Shown here: in pieces, positions 52,672 through 62,386 of the stretch
Position numbering within the stretch: position 1 is the stretch's first letter
How the letters are laid out: each line of letters starts with the position of its first letter
Source of the DNA: Syntrophorhabdaceae bacterium
GTDB taxonomy: Bacteria > Desulfobacterota > Syntrophorhabdia > Syntrophorhabdales > Syntrophorhabdaceae
Direction of reading: 5' to 3'
Assembly: GCA_963666485.2 (NCBI GenBank)
Contig: CAXXUO010000001.1
Coordinates: 256,001 to 320,000 of the forward strand
Length of the DNA stretch: 64,000 nucleotides
Made by a program: the position numbers and the translations under genes
Notes under the pieces: model-generated
Databases searched by the model: none
Seen by the model: only the letters and a program-made list of their open reading frames with translations
What the model was told of the DNA's origin: nothing

Positions 52672-53844
52672 GATGCTATTGTAGGCACCCCACAGCTGCC
52701 TTAACAATTCAGCATGTTTTTCCCAGTCCATGTTGTCCACTGACAGTTCCCCGGTCCCGCGTATGCCGTCGACGGCAGATCCTTTTTCGACAGCCGCCTT
52801 GAGGACGGCCATGTCTTTTTCCGGTGTCAGACCTGACAATAACTGCTCTGCGATATCGGGGCGCAGTACGGCGAGCGCAAACAAAAATGCAGGGCCTCCC
52901 CAGTTTGAAACACCGCACACCTGGAGATAATCCGCTGACGTCTTGCTGGCGATAATTCCTCCTTTGCCGTTGGTTATCGATCTCCTGATCAATTCGCGAT
53001 CAATGATCCCCATGCCTATCTCGTTGCCGCCATCGCCGACAGCCAGCTTTTTCCAGCTTCCGGCTTCGTATAAGAGGTGAAGCGGTGCCGCGTATGCTTC
53101 AACGTCGATGCCGCCCATAGTGTGCGGACGGCCGTCGGAATGGGCCGGCCCAACCCGTTCAAGCGCGATCACGTGCGTCACTTTCTCCGACTTCCACCGC
53201 CCGGCCATACGGGTGATCGTGTCCCTGGAGGATGCAGTGTTCTTTGCGAGCAGATCGGGCGATGGCCCTGACGGGCCCGGCATCTCCCACATGACCACCT
53301 CCACGGGAACGGTCAGACCGCTGCCCCTCACAGCTTCTTCCAGTGCGGCCCTCACCGCGCCCTCATTCGGGCTGTCGGTGACAACGCGCACAGGGATGCC
53401 CGCACGGGCAAGGCCCGAGGCTAAATGCGCGGTGCCGACGGGACCGTCGGTTTCAGATGCATTTCCCCGGGTTTCGACAGTTCCATCAGGCCTTGTCACA
53501 ACCTTTTCGATTATCCAAAACCCCGTTATAATCGCAACGGAAGGTCGCGGTGTGTCGGCGAGCGAACGCGCGGCGTCAAGGAGGCTTCCTTTGACTTTGT
53601 CTGCGAGAGGGCCGATCCCCCGGGGCGGGGTCGCCAGGTCCTGCGCGCATGTCCGCTCCAGGGCGCTTATCTTGTGCAGCGCAACTGATGAGACGGTTTC
53701 TTTGGCTCCTTGTTGCGCTGAATCTTTCGCAAATGAAATGTTCTTAGGGCTCTGAAAGCCGTATGCCTCGATGCATGGGGCGAAACTTATGTAAATTATG
53801 ACGAGGGAGACGAGAATTGCCGCTGCCTGTTTCGCATGCTTCAT
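52651..53844 (-). CDS. D-glutamate cyclase-like (DUF4392) protein with a signal peptide
   Basis: ITGF, ETDGPVG, ERVG, GDGGNEIGMG, VSNWGG, VDG motifs. Confidence 0.85.
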   Translation of the reverse strand: MKHAKQAAAILVSLVIIYISFAPCIEAYGFQSPKNISFAKDSAQQGAKETVSSVALHKISALERTCAQDLATPPRGIGPLADKVKGSLLDAARSLADTPRPSVAIITGFWIIEKVVTRPDGTVETRGNASETDGPVGTAHLASGLARAGIPVRVVTDSPNEGAVRAALEEAVRGSGLTVPVEVVMWEMPGPSGPSPDLLAKNTASSRDTITRMAGRWKSEKVTHVIALERVGPAHSDGRPHTMGGIDVEAYAAPLHLLYEAGSWKKLAVGDGGNEIGMGIIDRELIRRSITNGKGGIIASKTSADYLQVCGVSNWGGPAFLFALAVLRPDIAEQLLSGLTPEKDMAVLKAAVEKGSAVDGIRGTGELSVDNMDWEKHAELLRQLWGAYNSIGGQVVH

Positions 53845-53873
53845 GGTGAGTTTCCTTTCTCTGTATAACGAAC

Positions 53874-54015
53874 GGGGATCAGGTCCTGCGATGTAGCATC
53901 TTCACGGTGTAAAGCGTATTATTTTCCGCCTGGCGAGTCAATTCGAGATATGTGACGGCGAACGATAATCGTCGATAATTGACTCACTTCAGATGCCTGC
54001 GCGGGACTTGGCCCC
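53874..54015. repeat. REP-like element, degenerate copy 2
   Basis: GGGGATCAGGTCCTGCG ... CGCGGGACTTGGCCCC. Confidence 0.55.
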
Positions 54016-54135
54016 AATACTTCTTGAGAAATTGTTTTTCTTTTGTTAGCATTTTTCATCGGGGAAAAGTAGTTCCCGATACGTTCCCTAATACTGTTTA
54101 GGAGAGAGAAAATGACATCAAGAAACGGAGCGAAC

Positions 54136-55635
54136 ATGGTCCATCAAACAGGCGCAATAAAGGTATTCACAACCAGGGAAGACCTGTTAAATCATGGCTT
54201 ACAGGGGGCTACCGCCAGTAAGGGCGTGCTCCATATAGACAATGTGGATGCTTTTAAGGGCTCACTGCCGACACTGGCGGCCAATGCGGCGGATTTTGGC
54301 GACAGGGGCGCCCCTGCGGACGTGCAGGCCCTGGCCAGGTGGATAATAGGCGAAGGGGCACAACAGCTCAATGTAAAGCTGGCCTCACCGCAGGAAGCGT
54401 ATGTCGCAATAGCTGAAGGCCGGATAAGCAGGGAAATGTCTTTTGCGGCGATCAACATACGTGTAGCCACGTTAGACACTGCACGGGCGCTCTTCAAGGC
54501 TGCCAACGATAACAAGGTCGGGGCGTTCATCGCCGAGATCGCCCGTTCCGAGATGGGCTACACCAATCAAAGCCCGGCGGAATATGCCGCCATCCTTCAG
54601 GCTGCAGCAATGCTGGAAGGGTTCGAGGGGCCGCTTTTCCTGCAGGGCGATCATATACAGTTAAAATCGGGCCCGGTGAGGGAAGGCGGACCTGCGGCCG
54701 CAAAGGAAATAGGTGCCCACAGAAAGCTTATTCACGATCTGCTGGCAGCAGGTTTCGGGTCAATTGACCTCGATATGTCCCCTTTCGAGCGAAGGACCGA
54801 AGAAAACCTGTCCTTTGAAGAACAGCAGGCAGAAAATGCCCGGTTAACTGCCGAGAAAATTGCAGATGTACGGGCACTGGAAAAAGAGCTCGGAATTCCC
54901 TGGACGGTCTTGCTTGGCGGAGAAACCGGCGAGGTCGGGAAGATGAACACCCGGAAGGAAGACCTCGAGGCTTACGCCGAAGGTATTATCGCAAACATGA
55001 AACGGTTGGGAGTTGACCCTGCGCTCGGTATTCGTAAGATAGCGGTAAATGACGGTACGGCCCATGGGGGCACCCCTCTTCCCGATGGATCGGTGGCCGA
55101 TGTCGCTATAGCTTTTGACATTTTGAAGATGGCGACAGACCTTGGTAAAAAGTACGGATGGGCCGGTTCGGTCCAGCATGGGGCATCGACATTACCGAAT
55201 AACGCTTTCAGCCTGTTTCCTAAAAACAAAGCCGTGGAAGTACACCTCGCGACCGGTTTTCAAAATATTACCTTTGATCACGGGATTTACAGGGTCAAGG
55301 GGGCGCAGAGCGACATAGAACAATTTCTGGCCGACAAGTTCAGGGGGGACTGGAAAGCCGGCAAGACCTTCGCACAGTTTGCATACAGCACGCGTAAACA
55401 GGCTGTAGGCCCCTTCAAGTGGCTGGCGTGGACCATGCCGGAAGATGTCCGGGCAAAAGTTGCAGAGGACCTGTATGACCAGTTTTCTTTTCTGTTTGAA
55501 CAGCTTGGAGTGGTCGATACAAAAGATCTGGTTGCAAAATATACGACGCTCCATGACTTTCATCAGCCATATCCGGAAACAGGGAGTTCTCCTGCTGCAC
55601 GTGATAAAGAAGATACCGGCGATCTGTCAGATTGA
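54136..55635 (+). CDS. Class II fructose-bisphosphate aldolase family (long form)
   Basis: EIARSE, QGDH, GTAHGG, VQHGAS, HLATGFQ. Confidence 0.85.
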   Translation: MVHQTGAIKVFTTREDLLNHGLQGATASKGVLHIDNVDAFKGSLPTLAANAADFGDRGAPADVQALARWIIGEGAQQLNVKLASPQEAYVAIAEGRISREMSFAAINIRVATLDTARALFKAANDNKVGAFIAEIARSEMGYTNQSPAEYAAILQAAAMLEGFEGPLFLQGDHIQLKSGPVREGGPAAAKEIGAHRKLIHDLLAAGFGSIDLDMSPFERRTEENLSFEEQQAENARLTAEKIADVRALEKELGIPWTVLLGGETGEVGKMNTRKEDLEAYAEGIIANMKRLGVDPALGIRKIAVNDGTAHGGTPLPDGSVADVAIAFDILKMATDLGKKYGWAGSVQHGASTLPNNAFSLFPKNKAVEVHLATGFQNITFDHGIYRVKGAQSDIEQFLADKFRGDWKAGKTFAQFAYSTRKQAVGPFKWLAWTMPEDVRAKVAEDLYDQFSFLFEQLGVVDTKDLVAKYTTLHDFHQPYPETGSSPAARDKEDTGDLSD

Positions 55636-55661
55636 TCGTCTGACTGCCATGAGGTTGCGGC

Positions 55662-55988
55662 ATGATGTCAGGCGACGATGATGTTCCCCCGAACATGACG
55701 GTCCATCGAATCGGATGCGCCTGTTCCCGTCTGCCGACGAAATATAAGAACGGCTTCCCGACAGAATGGGATTGCACACAGGCCAGGGCACTGCTCATCG
55801 CCGAGCTGGAGGCCGGGAACATGAGGCGGCTTGAGGACCCCGACCCTGATACGCCATTTTTTCACGAATACTTCGAATGCAAACACTGCCGGACGACCTG
55901 GAAACTGAGCCACCCCGACCAGGCGTATCGAGGGGGATTGCACATACTGAAAGATAAGGTGTCAGGCTGGAAGATGGGACGTCCATAA
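55662..55988 (+). CDS. Small Cys-containing hypothetical protein
   Basis: GAGG RBS, CxC and CKHC motifs. Confidence 0.55.
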   Translation: MMSGDDDVPPNMTVHRIGCACSRLPTKYKNGFPTEWDCTQARALLIAELEAGNMRRLEDPDPDTPFFHEYFECKHCRTTWKLSHPDQAYRGGLHILKDKVSGWKMGRP

Positions 55989-56009
55989 AGTTTTAATTCA
56001 TTGGTCCAT

Positions 56010-56093
56010 GGGACCGGGTCCTGTATTCCAACATCTTCATGGCCGATTTATGGCCTCTCACACGCAAAACGCGTCAATGCAAGACCCGGCCCC
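56010..56093. repeat. REP-like element, copy 3
   Basis: GGGACCGGGTCCTGTA ... TGCAAGACCCGGCCCC; internal TCACACGCAAAA shared with copy 1. Confidence 0.7.
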
Positions 56094-56165
56094 GATGGCT
56101 CCCTGCTCATCTATTTTACTATCGCTGCGTCTGGAATGGTCCAGACTGCATCTTCATCCCGGGTC

Positions 56166-56405
56166 TTACTTCTTGGGAGGTGGGGGCGGCTCCTTGATTT
56201 TCAGGCTTTTCGCCGCCGGGGGCTTGTAGTCGCTGACCGGCTGCCCGACAGGGCTTGGCTTGGTGGTCGTCGATACCTGGGGCGGGTCAGCCTGACGGAT
56301 GTTGTCCGTGGTTGCTTTCGCCTTCCCGAGATCGGCCGCGTGAGCGCAAATGCAGAGTGAACCGACGAGGAAAAGGGCGACGACGAAGAACGCTGCGTAT
56401 TTCAT
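56166..56405 (-). CDS. Small secreted Pro-rich protein
   Basis: GGAGG RBS, MKYAAFF signal peptide with AHA cleavage site. Confidence 0.65.
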   Translation of the reverse strand: MKYAAFFVVALFLVGSLCICAHAADLGKAKATTDNIRQADPPQVSTTTKPSPVGQPVSDYKPPAAKSLKIKEPPPPPKK

Positions 56406-56593
56406 GGAAACCTCCTTCTGGAATAAACTTGTGAAAACCCAATTCTGTTTTCCCATTTGCAGCCAACAAGTGTCAAGAGAAATGAGTCGTTCGAACATTC
56501 CGGGGCCACGAGAAAGGGTTGGCGGGCCTGACAGCGAAATATTCCCACGTAAAAATCCCATTTGAATTGATATTGACATCTTCAAGGACGTCC

Positions 56594-57427
56594 CTAGCAG
56601 CACCATGTGCCGTTCTTTTCCCCAACGACGGTGTAAGCGGTAAGCACTGCCAGGAAACTGCCTTTTCGGGTCCTGTCAATAAGCTCCTCTATCCAGCGGC
56701 TGCCCTCAGCCGCGCGGACCACTCCATTCGCGGCGGCCCTTCGGACGGTTTCCCGCAAATTGTAAACCTTATCGGCTGTTTCAAAGTCGGTTAAGCGGAA
56801 AGTGCCGGGATATGCCTTTACATTTGATAAACCGGAAGAAATGAAAAGACCGCGAAGGTCCCGGCCGATGCGGCTGTTCGCGAAGGAACCGGACCAGAAT
56901 TTCTCAAGTGACCGGGTGACCTCGCGGTCCCCGGAGGTTATCGAAAACGTGCCCCAATCGTTATCGTAGGCGAGGAGCAGCCCGCCGGGCTCAAGAACGC
57001 GCACCAGTTCGGATACGGCCGTTTCCGGCCGGGGGACGTGCTGCAGTACCCGGTCGATCCTGCACCGTGAAAAGTAATTGTCCGGAAAAGGCAGGGCCCG
57101 CATATCTCCCACCTGGAACTCGACGGGCAGGGCCGCACAGCCTGTGCCCGACCGGGCCTTGTCTATCATGGCCGAACTCGAGTCGACGGCCATCACCCTC
57201 CCGCCGGGCATTACGCGTTCGGCGATCCTGCGCGCGTCGTCACCGACACCGCAACCGGCCTCAAGGACTTTCATCCCGGGCTCAAGCTGCAGCAGTTCAT
57301 AGCTTTTCAGCTTGTATTCCCTGAAATACGGCAAGGACTCCAGCAAGGTAAGGCAGGCAAAGTACGCATCCCGGTCCGTTGCACCGTCAACGTCTCTAAA
57401 ACCGGTTGAGAGATATTCTTCGATCGT
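56594..57427 (-). CDS. SAM-dependent methyltransferase (UbiE-like), apparent non-ATG start
   Basis: VLEAGCGVG, LPFPD..RVLQH; the frame stays open 27 codons above the TTG up to ACG/ATC behind a GGGAG RBS. Confidence 0.75.
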   Translation of the reverse strand, partial: TIEEYLSTGFRDVDGATDRDAYFACLTLLESLPYFREYKLKSYELLQLEPGMKVLEAGCGVGDDARRIAERVMPGGRVMAVDSSSAMIDKARSGTGCAALPVEFQVGDMRALPFPDNYFSRCRIDRVLQHVPRPETAVSELVRVLEPGGLLLAYDNDWGTFSITSGDREVTRSLEKFWSGSFANSRIGRDLRGLFISSGLSNVKAYPGTFRLTDFETADKVYNLRETVRRAAANGVVRAAEGSRWIEELIDRTRKGSFLAVLTAYTVVGEKNGTWCC

Positions 57428-57657
57428 TGAAGCTCCCTACAGCACAGGATATGGCGGCGCATGCCGCAGTATGCCAGATCGTATTATATTCCGCCCGGCC
57501 AGTCAATAACGGCCGCCGCGAGTTTTTCTGGATCGAGAATAAAGTCCTGGGGCCGCTCCCTCTGCGATATCTCCAAGCCTTTCCGACTGATTTGGTTCTT
57601 TTGGTGAGATCTTGACCTGAAACCTGGAACACGATTCTTAATTGGAATCGGCATGCG

Positions 57658-57747
57658 GATTTGAACGGAAAAATAAAGTACGTCAGCGACCAGATTGGTC
57701 GTTCGACGATCGAGATCACCCTGGGCAACCTGGCAATAACAGGATAA
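57658..57747 (+). pseudogene. Possible tyrosine integrase C-terminal remnant
   Basis: Translates KIKYVSDQIGRSTIEITL, resembling xxYVxxQLGHSxIxxT. Confidence 0.35.
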
Positions 57748-57891
57748 AGGCCAAGCGTCTTCGATACTACTTTGCCATCCAGTAATAACAGGAAAAGAAC
57801 AGGTGCCGCGATAAGGGTACAATTGAGATTGCAGGCCGGGCCGTTGGATTTGGGCAGCCATGTAAATATCCAACCGCCCGGCCGGATAATG

Positions 57892-60405
57892 CTATCGCCT
57901 GTCCGCTGCCTGTTCCATTGCCTCCTGAAGTTTCTTTATGTCCGCCGGCGAGAGTTTCGGCCGGTCCACCTTGATCGTCAGCTTGTTGAGTTTGGCAGTA
58001 AGGGGAAACGGCGGCTTATAGTCTTCGTCATTGACGCCGGTAAGCGTGTCGGAGCCTATATCGAAGCTCTCATCCCACTGAAGGATCATCGGCAGGGTGT
58101 GGGGCATCGTGATCGTCTGGACTGCTTTCCCGTCCACCTTCAGTGTGCCTGTACCGGGGCGGCCAAGCCCGCTCATATTATTGAACGCGAGCGTGCCTGC
58201 TCCCAGGCCATCGTATTTGAAATCGAACTCGAGCACGTGTTTACCCGGTGTGAGTGCCTCGGGCCCTTCCCACTTGATGCGCTTCAGGTCGACAAGGTTC
58301 CAGAGGAATACCGGTTTGCCCTTGAGAAGATAGAAGCCATAGCCCGCAAACCTGCCGCCCGACGTGAGGATCATTCCCTCTGCGCCCCCCTGCGGAACGT
58401 CGATATCGGCCGTGATCGTGTAGGAGCTGTTGAGCAGGGACGGGGAATCGCCCTGCGGCAGCCCGACCATCGGTTTTGTGTAAACGAACTCCGTCCGGCC
58501 TTCAGTGATGTTCGGGCGCGGTGCCACAATGCGGGCTGCCACGGAAGCGTCCATCGGGAAGACCTGGTACTTTTTCGCTTCCTCGATGAACATCTTCTTC
58601 ATTTCCTTGACCTTCTCCGGGTACGTGCCGGCGAGGTCCTGGGACTGACTGAAATCCTTGTTGAGGTTGTAGAGCTGCAGGACCTGGTTGTTGAGCGGGT
58701 CGGGATTGGCAGGTCCAAAGGCCTCCCAGGGCGCCCTGTTGACCTTTGTGCTCAGAAACCAGCCGTCGTGGTACAGGGCCCACTGGCCCATCATTTCAAA
58801 ATACTGGGTCTTGTGTTTCGTCGGCACCTTGCCGCTGCCCGTAGCGAACGTGTAAGCGAAGCTCGTTCCTTCAATAGGCGACTGCTTGATGCCGTCCACG
58901 TATTCCGGTTCCCTGATACCGCATGCCTCGAGTATCGTCGGCACGACATCGATAACGTGCATGAACTGCTCGCGCAATCCGCCCTTCTCCTTGATACGCG
59001 CCGGCCAGGATACAGCCATATTCTGCCGCACCCCGCCAAGCCTCGACGCGTTTTGCTTAAACCAGGTGAATGGCGTGTCAAAGGCCCAGGACCAGCCCGC
59101 CGACATGTGATTGTAGGTCTGCTCGGTGCCCCACACGTCGTAGAACTTCATCTGCACCTCGGCGGGCAGCTGGTTGACCCCGTTGAAGAACGCGACCTCG
59201 TTGGGTGTTCCCATCGGGCCGCCCTCGGCGCTGGTTCCGTTGTCGCCGTTGATGTAAATGATAAGCGTATTGTCGAATTTGCCCATGTCCTCTATGGCCT
59301 TGACGACCCGGCCTATCTCGTGGTCGGTGTACGCAGCATAGGCCGCGAAGATCTCAGCCTGGCGGATGAAAAGCTTCTTCTCGGTGGGCGTTAGCTGGTC
59401 CCATTCCTTGAGGACATCCTTGGGCCACGGTTCCAGTTTTGTATCTGCCGGGATCACCCCGAGGCGCTTCTGGTTTGCGAAGATCCTCTCGCGAAGCCTG
59501 TTCCATCCCTCGTCAAACAGGTGCATCGCCCGAATCTTTTCCACCCATTCCCTGGTCGGGTGGTGGGGGGCATGCGTTGCGCCGGGGGCGTACTTGATAA
59601 AGAACGGCTTGCCGGGCTGTGTCTGGTTGATGCGCGTGAGGTAATCGATGGCGTCGTCGGCCATGGCCGTCGTCAGGTTCCAGCCCGGTTTTCCCTCAAA
59701 GGGGTAGATCTGGGTCGTGTTGCGGTAGAGATTAGGCTGCCACTGGTTGGCGTCGCCGCCCACAAAACCGTAGAAATACTCAAACCCCATACCGACGGGC
59801 CACTGGTCAAAGGGGCCGACCTGGCTCGCCGCGAAGGCCGGGGTGTTGTGGTTCTTTCCGAACCAGGACGTAGCATAGCCGTTTTCGAGCAGGATCCGGC
59901 CGATCGTGGTCTTGTCTTTTGAGATGATGCTGTTGTAGCCCGGGTAGCCCGTTGATTGCTCCGATATAACGCCAAAACCGACCGAATGGTGGTTCCGGCC
60001 CGTGATGAGACCTGCCCGGGTCGGGGACGACAGCGCAGTTGAGTGCATGTTATTGTAGCGAAGCCCGTTATTTGCTATACGGTCCATTGTCGGCGTGGGA
60101 ATGACTCCCCCGAAAGTGCTCGGTACACCGAAACCCGCGTCATCCGTAATGATCAGAAGGATATTTGGCGCACCCTTCGGCGGGGCGGTGCGGGCAGGCC
60201 AATAAGGCTTCGACTCCAGCGCCTTTGTCCCGATCGTGCCCTCGAACTTCTGAGGGCGCGGAGGCAGCTGCTTTCCGTCGATAGAAATGGTCGCACTCGG
60301 CGAACCCGGTGTCCCCGTGATAACCTGGGCTGCAGCCGGCGTCGTCATTGCCGCGGCCACCGTAAGAACAGCGGTCGCTGTCGCGCCTATTGCTTTCCGT
60401 TTCAT
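57892..60405 (-). CDS. Periplasmic arylsulfatase, Ser-type
   Basis: APNILLIITDD, LSSPTRAGLITGR, GKNH, HAPH, GDNG; signal peptide; GGAGG RBS. Confidence 0.92.
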   Translation of the reverse strand: MKRKAIGATATAVLTVAAAMTTPAAAQVITGTPGSPSATISIDGKQLPPRPQKFEGTIGTKALESKPYWPARTAPPKGAPNILLIITDDAGFGVPSTFGGVIPTPTMDRIANNGLRYNNMHSTALSSPTRAGLITGRNHHSVGFGVISEQSTGYPGYNSIISKDKTTIGRILLENGYATSWFGKNHNTPAFAASQVGPFDQWPVGMGFEYFYGFVGGDANQWQPNLYRNTTQIYPFEGKPGWNLTTAMADDAIDYLTRINQTQPGKPFFIKYAPGATHAPHHPTREWVEKIRAMHLFDEGWNRLRERIFANQKRLGVIPADTKLEPWPKDVLKEWDQLTPTEKKLFIRQAEIFAAYAAYTDHEIGRVVKAIEDMGKFDNTLIIYINGDNGTSAEGGPMGTPNEVAFFNGVNQLPAEVQMKFYDVWGTEQTYNHMSAGWSWAFDTPFTWFKQNASRLGGVRQNMAVSWPARIKEKGGLREQFMHVIDVVPTILEACGIREPEYVDGIKQSPIEGTSFAYTFATGSGKVPTKHKTQYFEMMGQWALYHDGWFLSTKVNRAPWEAFGPANPDPLNNQVLQLYNLNKDFSQSQDLAGTYPEKVKEMKKMFIEEAKKYQVFPMDASVAARIVAPRPNITEGRTEFVYTKPMVGLPQGDSPSLLNSSYTITADIDVPQGGAEGMILTSGGRFAGYGFYLLKGKPVFLWNLVDLKRIKWEGPEALTPGKHVLEFDFKYDGLGAGTLAFNNMSGLGRPGTGTLKVDGKAVQTITMPHTLPMILQWDESFDIGSDTLTGVNDEDYKPPFPLTAKLNKLTIKVDRPKLSPADIKKLQEAMEQAADRR

Positions 60406-60580
60406 ACGTCCTCCTTCCAAATAAGAAAAGCCATTCTTGCTTTCATGTCATACCTCGTGTATTCGGATAATGGTATCAACGTACGGTGAAAGATCTTTTT
60501 CCGCCCTCACCCGGTAATAAACCAGAGGTTTGTCGACAACGTCATCTGATTTTGTTAACAGTATGACAAAATTTTGTAAA

Positions 60581-60596
60581 TAGGACTTTGGTCCTA
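60581..60596. promoter_or_regulatory. Palindromic operator candidate upstream of the sulfatase
   Basis: TAGGAC-tttg-GTCCTA. Confidence 0.4.
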
Positions 60597-60655
60597 CGCA
60601 TCAGGCAAGAAATTACGGCACCGCGGTACGGCTCACCGGCCGATTCGTCCCTTCG

Positions 60656-60730
60656 AAGGCCAATATCAAGGACCTCCGCTTCCACAATGTACGCTGCTGC
60701 TTCGCTTCACATCCGGTCTTTCAACGGGCA
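60656..60730 (+). pseudogene. Tyrosine integrase remnant (degenerate HxLRH box)
   Basis: KANIKDLRFHNVRCCFASHPV resembles AGIxDxRFHDLRHxFASxLV. Confidence 0.55.
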
Positions 60731-60941
60731 ATCGCTCTCCAGAGAATACTTAATTAGGGGGTAACGCAGAAATTGGCGTTAAGCTCGGGGGTAGCATTCC
60801 AGCCGGCCATCATGTAGAATTTAAAGATAGTGGCAGGGCAAAGGATTTGAGTATAACGGTCAATCTCGTTTCGCCGGTTTGGAGGAAGATGACAATAGCG
60901 TCGAACAAAAACTCGATGCATTATGCGCCGAGGGAATTGCA

Positions 60942-61526
60942 ATGAAGAATATCGCAATGAGAGTTTCGCTCGTATTCCTTCTCTTGACCCTGGGAGCCTG
61001 CGTTGGGAACGGGTCCTGGGACCGGAAATCCTCTTCGGACCTGGAAGGGTTTTCCCTCAATCATCAGCAGGTCCTCAAACATCTGAGGACTGCCAATGAG
61101 GCCGCCAGGGAAGCGGTGGAATCTGGTCACCCGCCCTTTGGCGCAGTACTTGTGGCGCCGGATGGCGAGACGGTGCTCGTGAAACAGGGAAACGTGAGTT
61201 TGATGGACCATGCCGAAACTGTGATCGCACGGCAGGCGTTTGCCAAGTACGACCCCGACTACTTGTGGAAATGTACCCTTGTGACGACGGTCGAACCATG
61301 CGCCATGTGCGCGGGAAATGTCTATTGGGCCAACATCGGAAACGTGGTCTATGGCGTTGAGGAAATCACAGCGAAGGAACTGACCGGCGCCGACAAGAGA
61401 AACCCCACGATGAACCTGCCGTGCCGCACAGTCTTTACGGCAGGGCAGAAGCCCATCAGGGTGCTGGGCCCCGTTCCGGAACTTGAAGACGAACTGCTCG
61501 CACCCCACAGGGCCTACTGGAAATGA
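60942..61526 (+). CDS. Zn-dependent nucleoside/nucleobase deaminase with a lipoprotein-like signal
   Basis: PFGAVLV, HAE, EPCAMC; LGAC lipobox. Confidence 0.85.
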   Translation: MKNIAMRVSLVFLLLTLGACVGNGSWDRKSSSDLEGFSLNHQQVLKHLRTANEAAREAVESGHPPFGAVLVAPDGETVLVKQGNVSLMDHAETVIARQAFAKYDPDYLWKCTLVTTVEPCAMCAGNVYWANIGNVVYGVEEITAKELTGADKRNPTMNLPCRTVFTAGQKPIRVLGPVPELEDELLAPHRAYWK

Positions 61527-61588
61527 AGCAGTCCCATCGCAAACTCCTCAGATACTACGGCTTCCGGAGCAGAGGAACGTCGGGAACG

Positions 61589-61700
61589 TCGGGGACGTTC
61601 CCAAAAAACCAAGTTAAAAGTGCGCGAAAATCGGGGACGTTCCCAAAAAACCAAGTTAAAAGTGCGGGTTTTTGTTTTCTTGGGAACGTCCCCGATTTTC
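61589..61700. repeat. 36-bp direct repeat x2 plus a 21-bp inverted repeat (GGGGACGT family)
   Basis: 61589-61624 equals 61631-61666; 61626-61646 is inverted at 61680-61700. Confidence 0.85.
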
Positions 61701-61749
61701 CTAAGGTCAATTAAGGCAGCGATTGCATTATGATGACGATTCAGAGATA

Positions 61750-62277
61750 ATGGCATTAACGATGAAATGGCCAAGTAAAGAAGAACGGGAAAGTTTTGAA
61801 ATAGATAGATTTATTGATGCGTACGTCAAACTACCTGATGGAATTCGCTTCAAGGTGATTAGCAAGGGAGAACGTCCAGATTATACTGTCGTGGATTCGG
61901 ACACTGGGAATGAATACGGATTGGAATTAACTTCTGTATATAGCAATGACCGCAGCGTACCTGAATCACATATTCCTGGCCATGAAGGTCCAGTTGATAT
62001 ACCTTACAATGAACAAAAATTGGAAGAATATAAGCATAGAATTATTGAAAAAATCAAAGAAAAGGCTCTGAAGGCTCATAAGCATTATGATACTTCCAGA
62101 CCATTAATTCTTGCCCTCTATATCAACGAATATATCTCTATCTACCTCGACAACGCTGACCTAGAAAGCTTCCTGTTTAGCCATGAAGGCTTGCTTGATT
62201 TGATCAGACCTTTTCAAGAAGTAGCATTGTGGAATCTTGTAGACGACCACGTTTTGAGAATTCGACTAGCGAAATAG
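61750..62277 (+). CDS. Low-GC hypothetical protein, possible PD-(D/E)xK-like fold
   Basis: ERPDY...GLELT motif; start uncertain (61723/61750/61762). Confidence 0.6.
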   Translation: MALTMKWPSKEERESFEIDRFIDAYVKLPDGIRFKVISKGERPDYTVVDSDTGNEYGLELTSVYSNDRSVPESHIPGHEGPVDIPYNEQKLEEYKHRIIEKIKEKALKAHKHYDTSRPLILALYINEYISIYLDNADLESFLFSHEGLLDLIRPFQEVALWNLVDDHVLRIRLAK

Positions 62278-62386
62278 CATTCCCTAAAATTGTCTCGGTT
62301 AGAAAATGGTTAGAACCGGACCATAATTGGCAAGCCAGTGCCTATTCCTTGTTGTCGTAGTATATCGAAATAAATGAGATTTAAAT

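Noticed and set aside
57437..57439. Pyrrolysine readthrough of the TAG upstream of the methyltransferase
   Set aside because: The TAG overlaps the RBS and the upstream frame is not protein-like
57772..59394. Long antisense ORFs (540 aa here; also 29554-31338, 7281-8339, 26901-28010)
   Set aside because: Shadow frames opposite well-supported genes in GC-rich DNA, with no recognisable motifs
61589..61666. Mini-CRISPR (36-bp repeats)
   Set aside because: Only two copies with a 6-bp gap; no spacers and no cas genes
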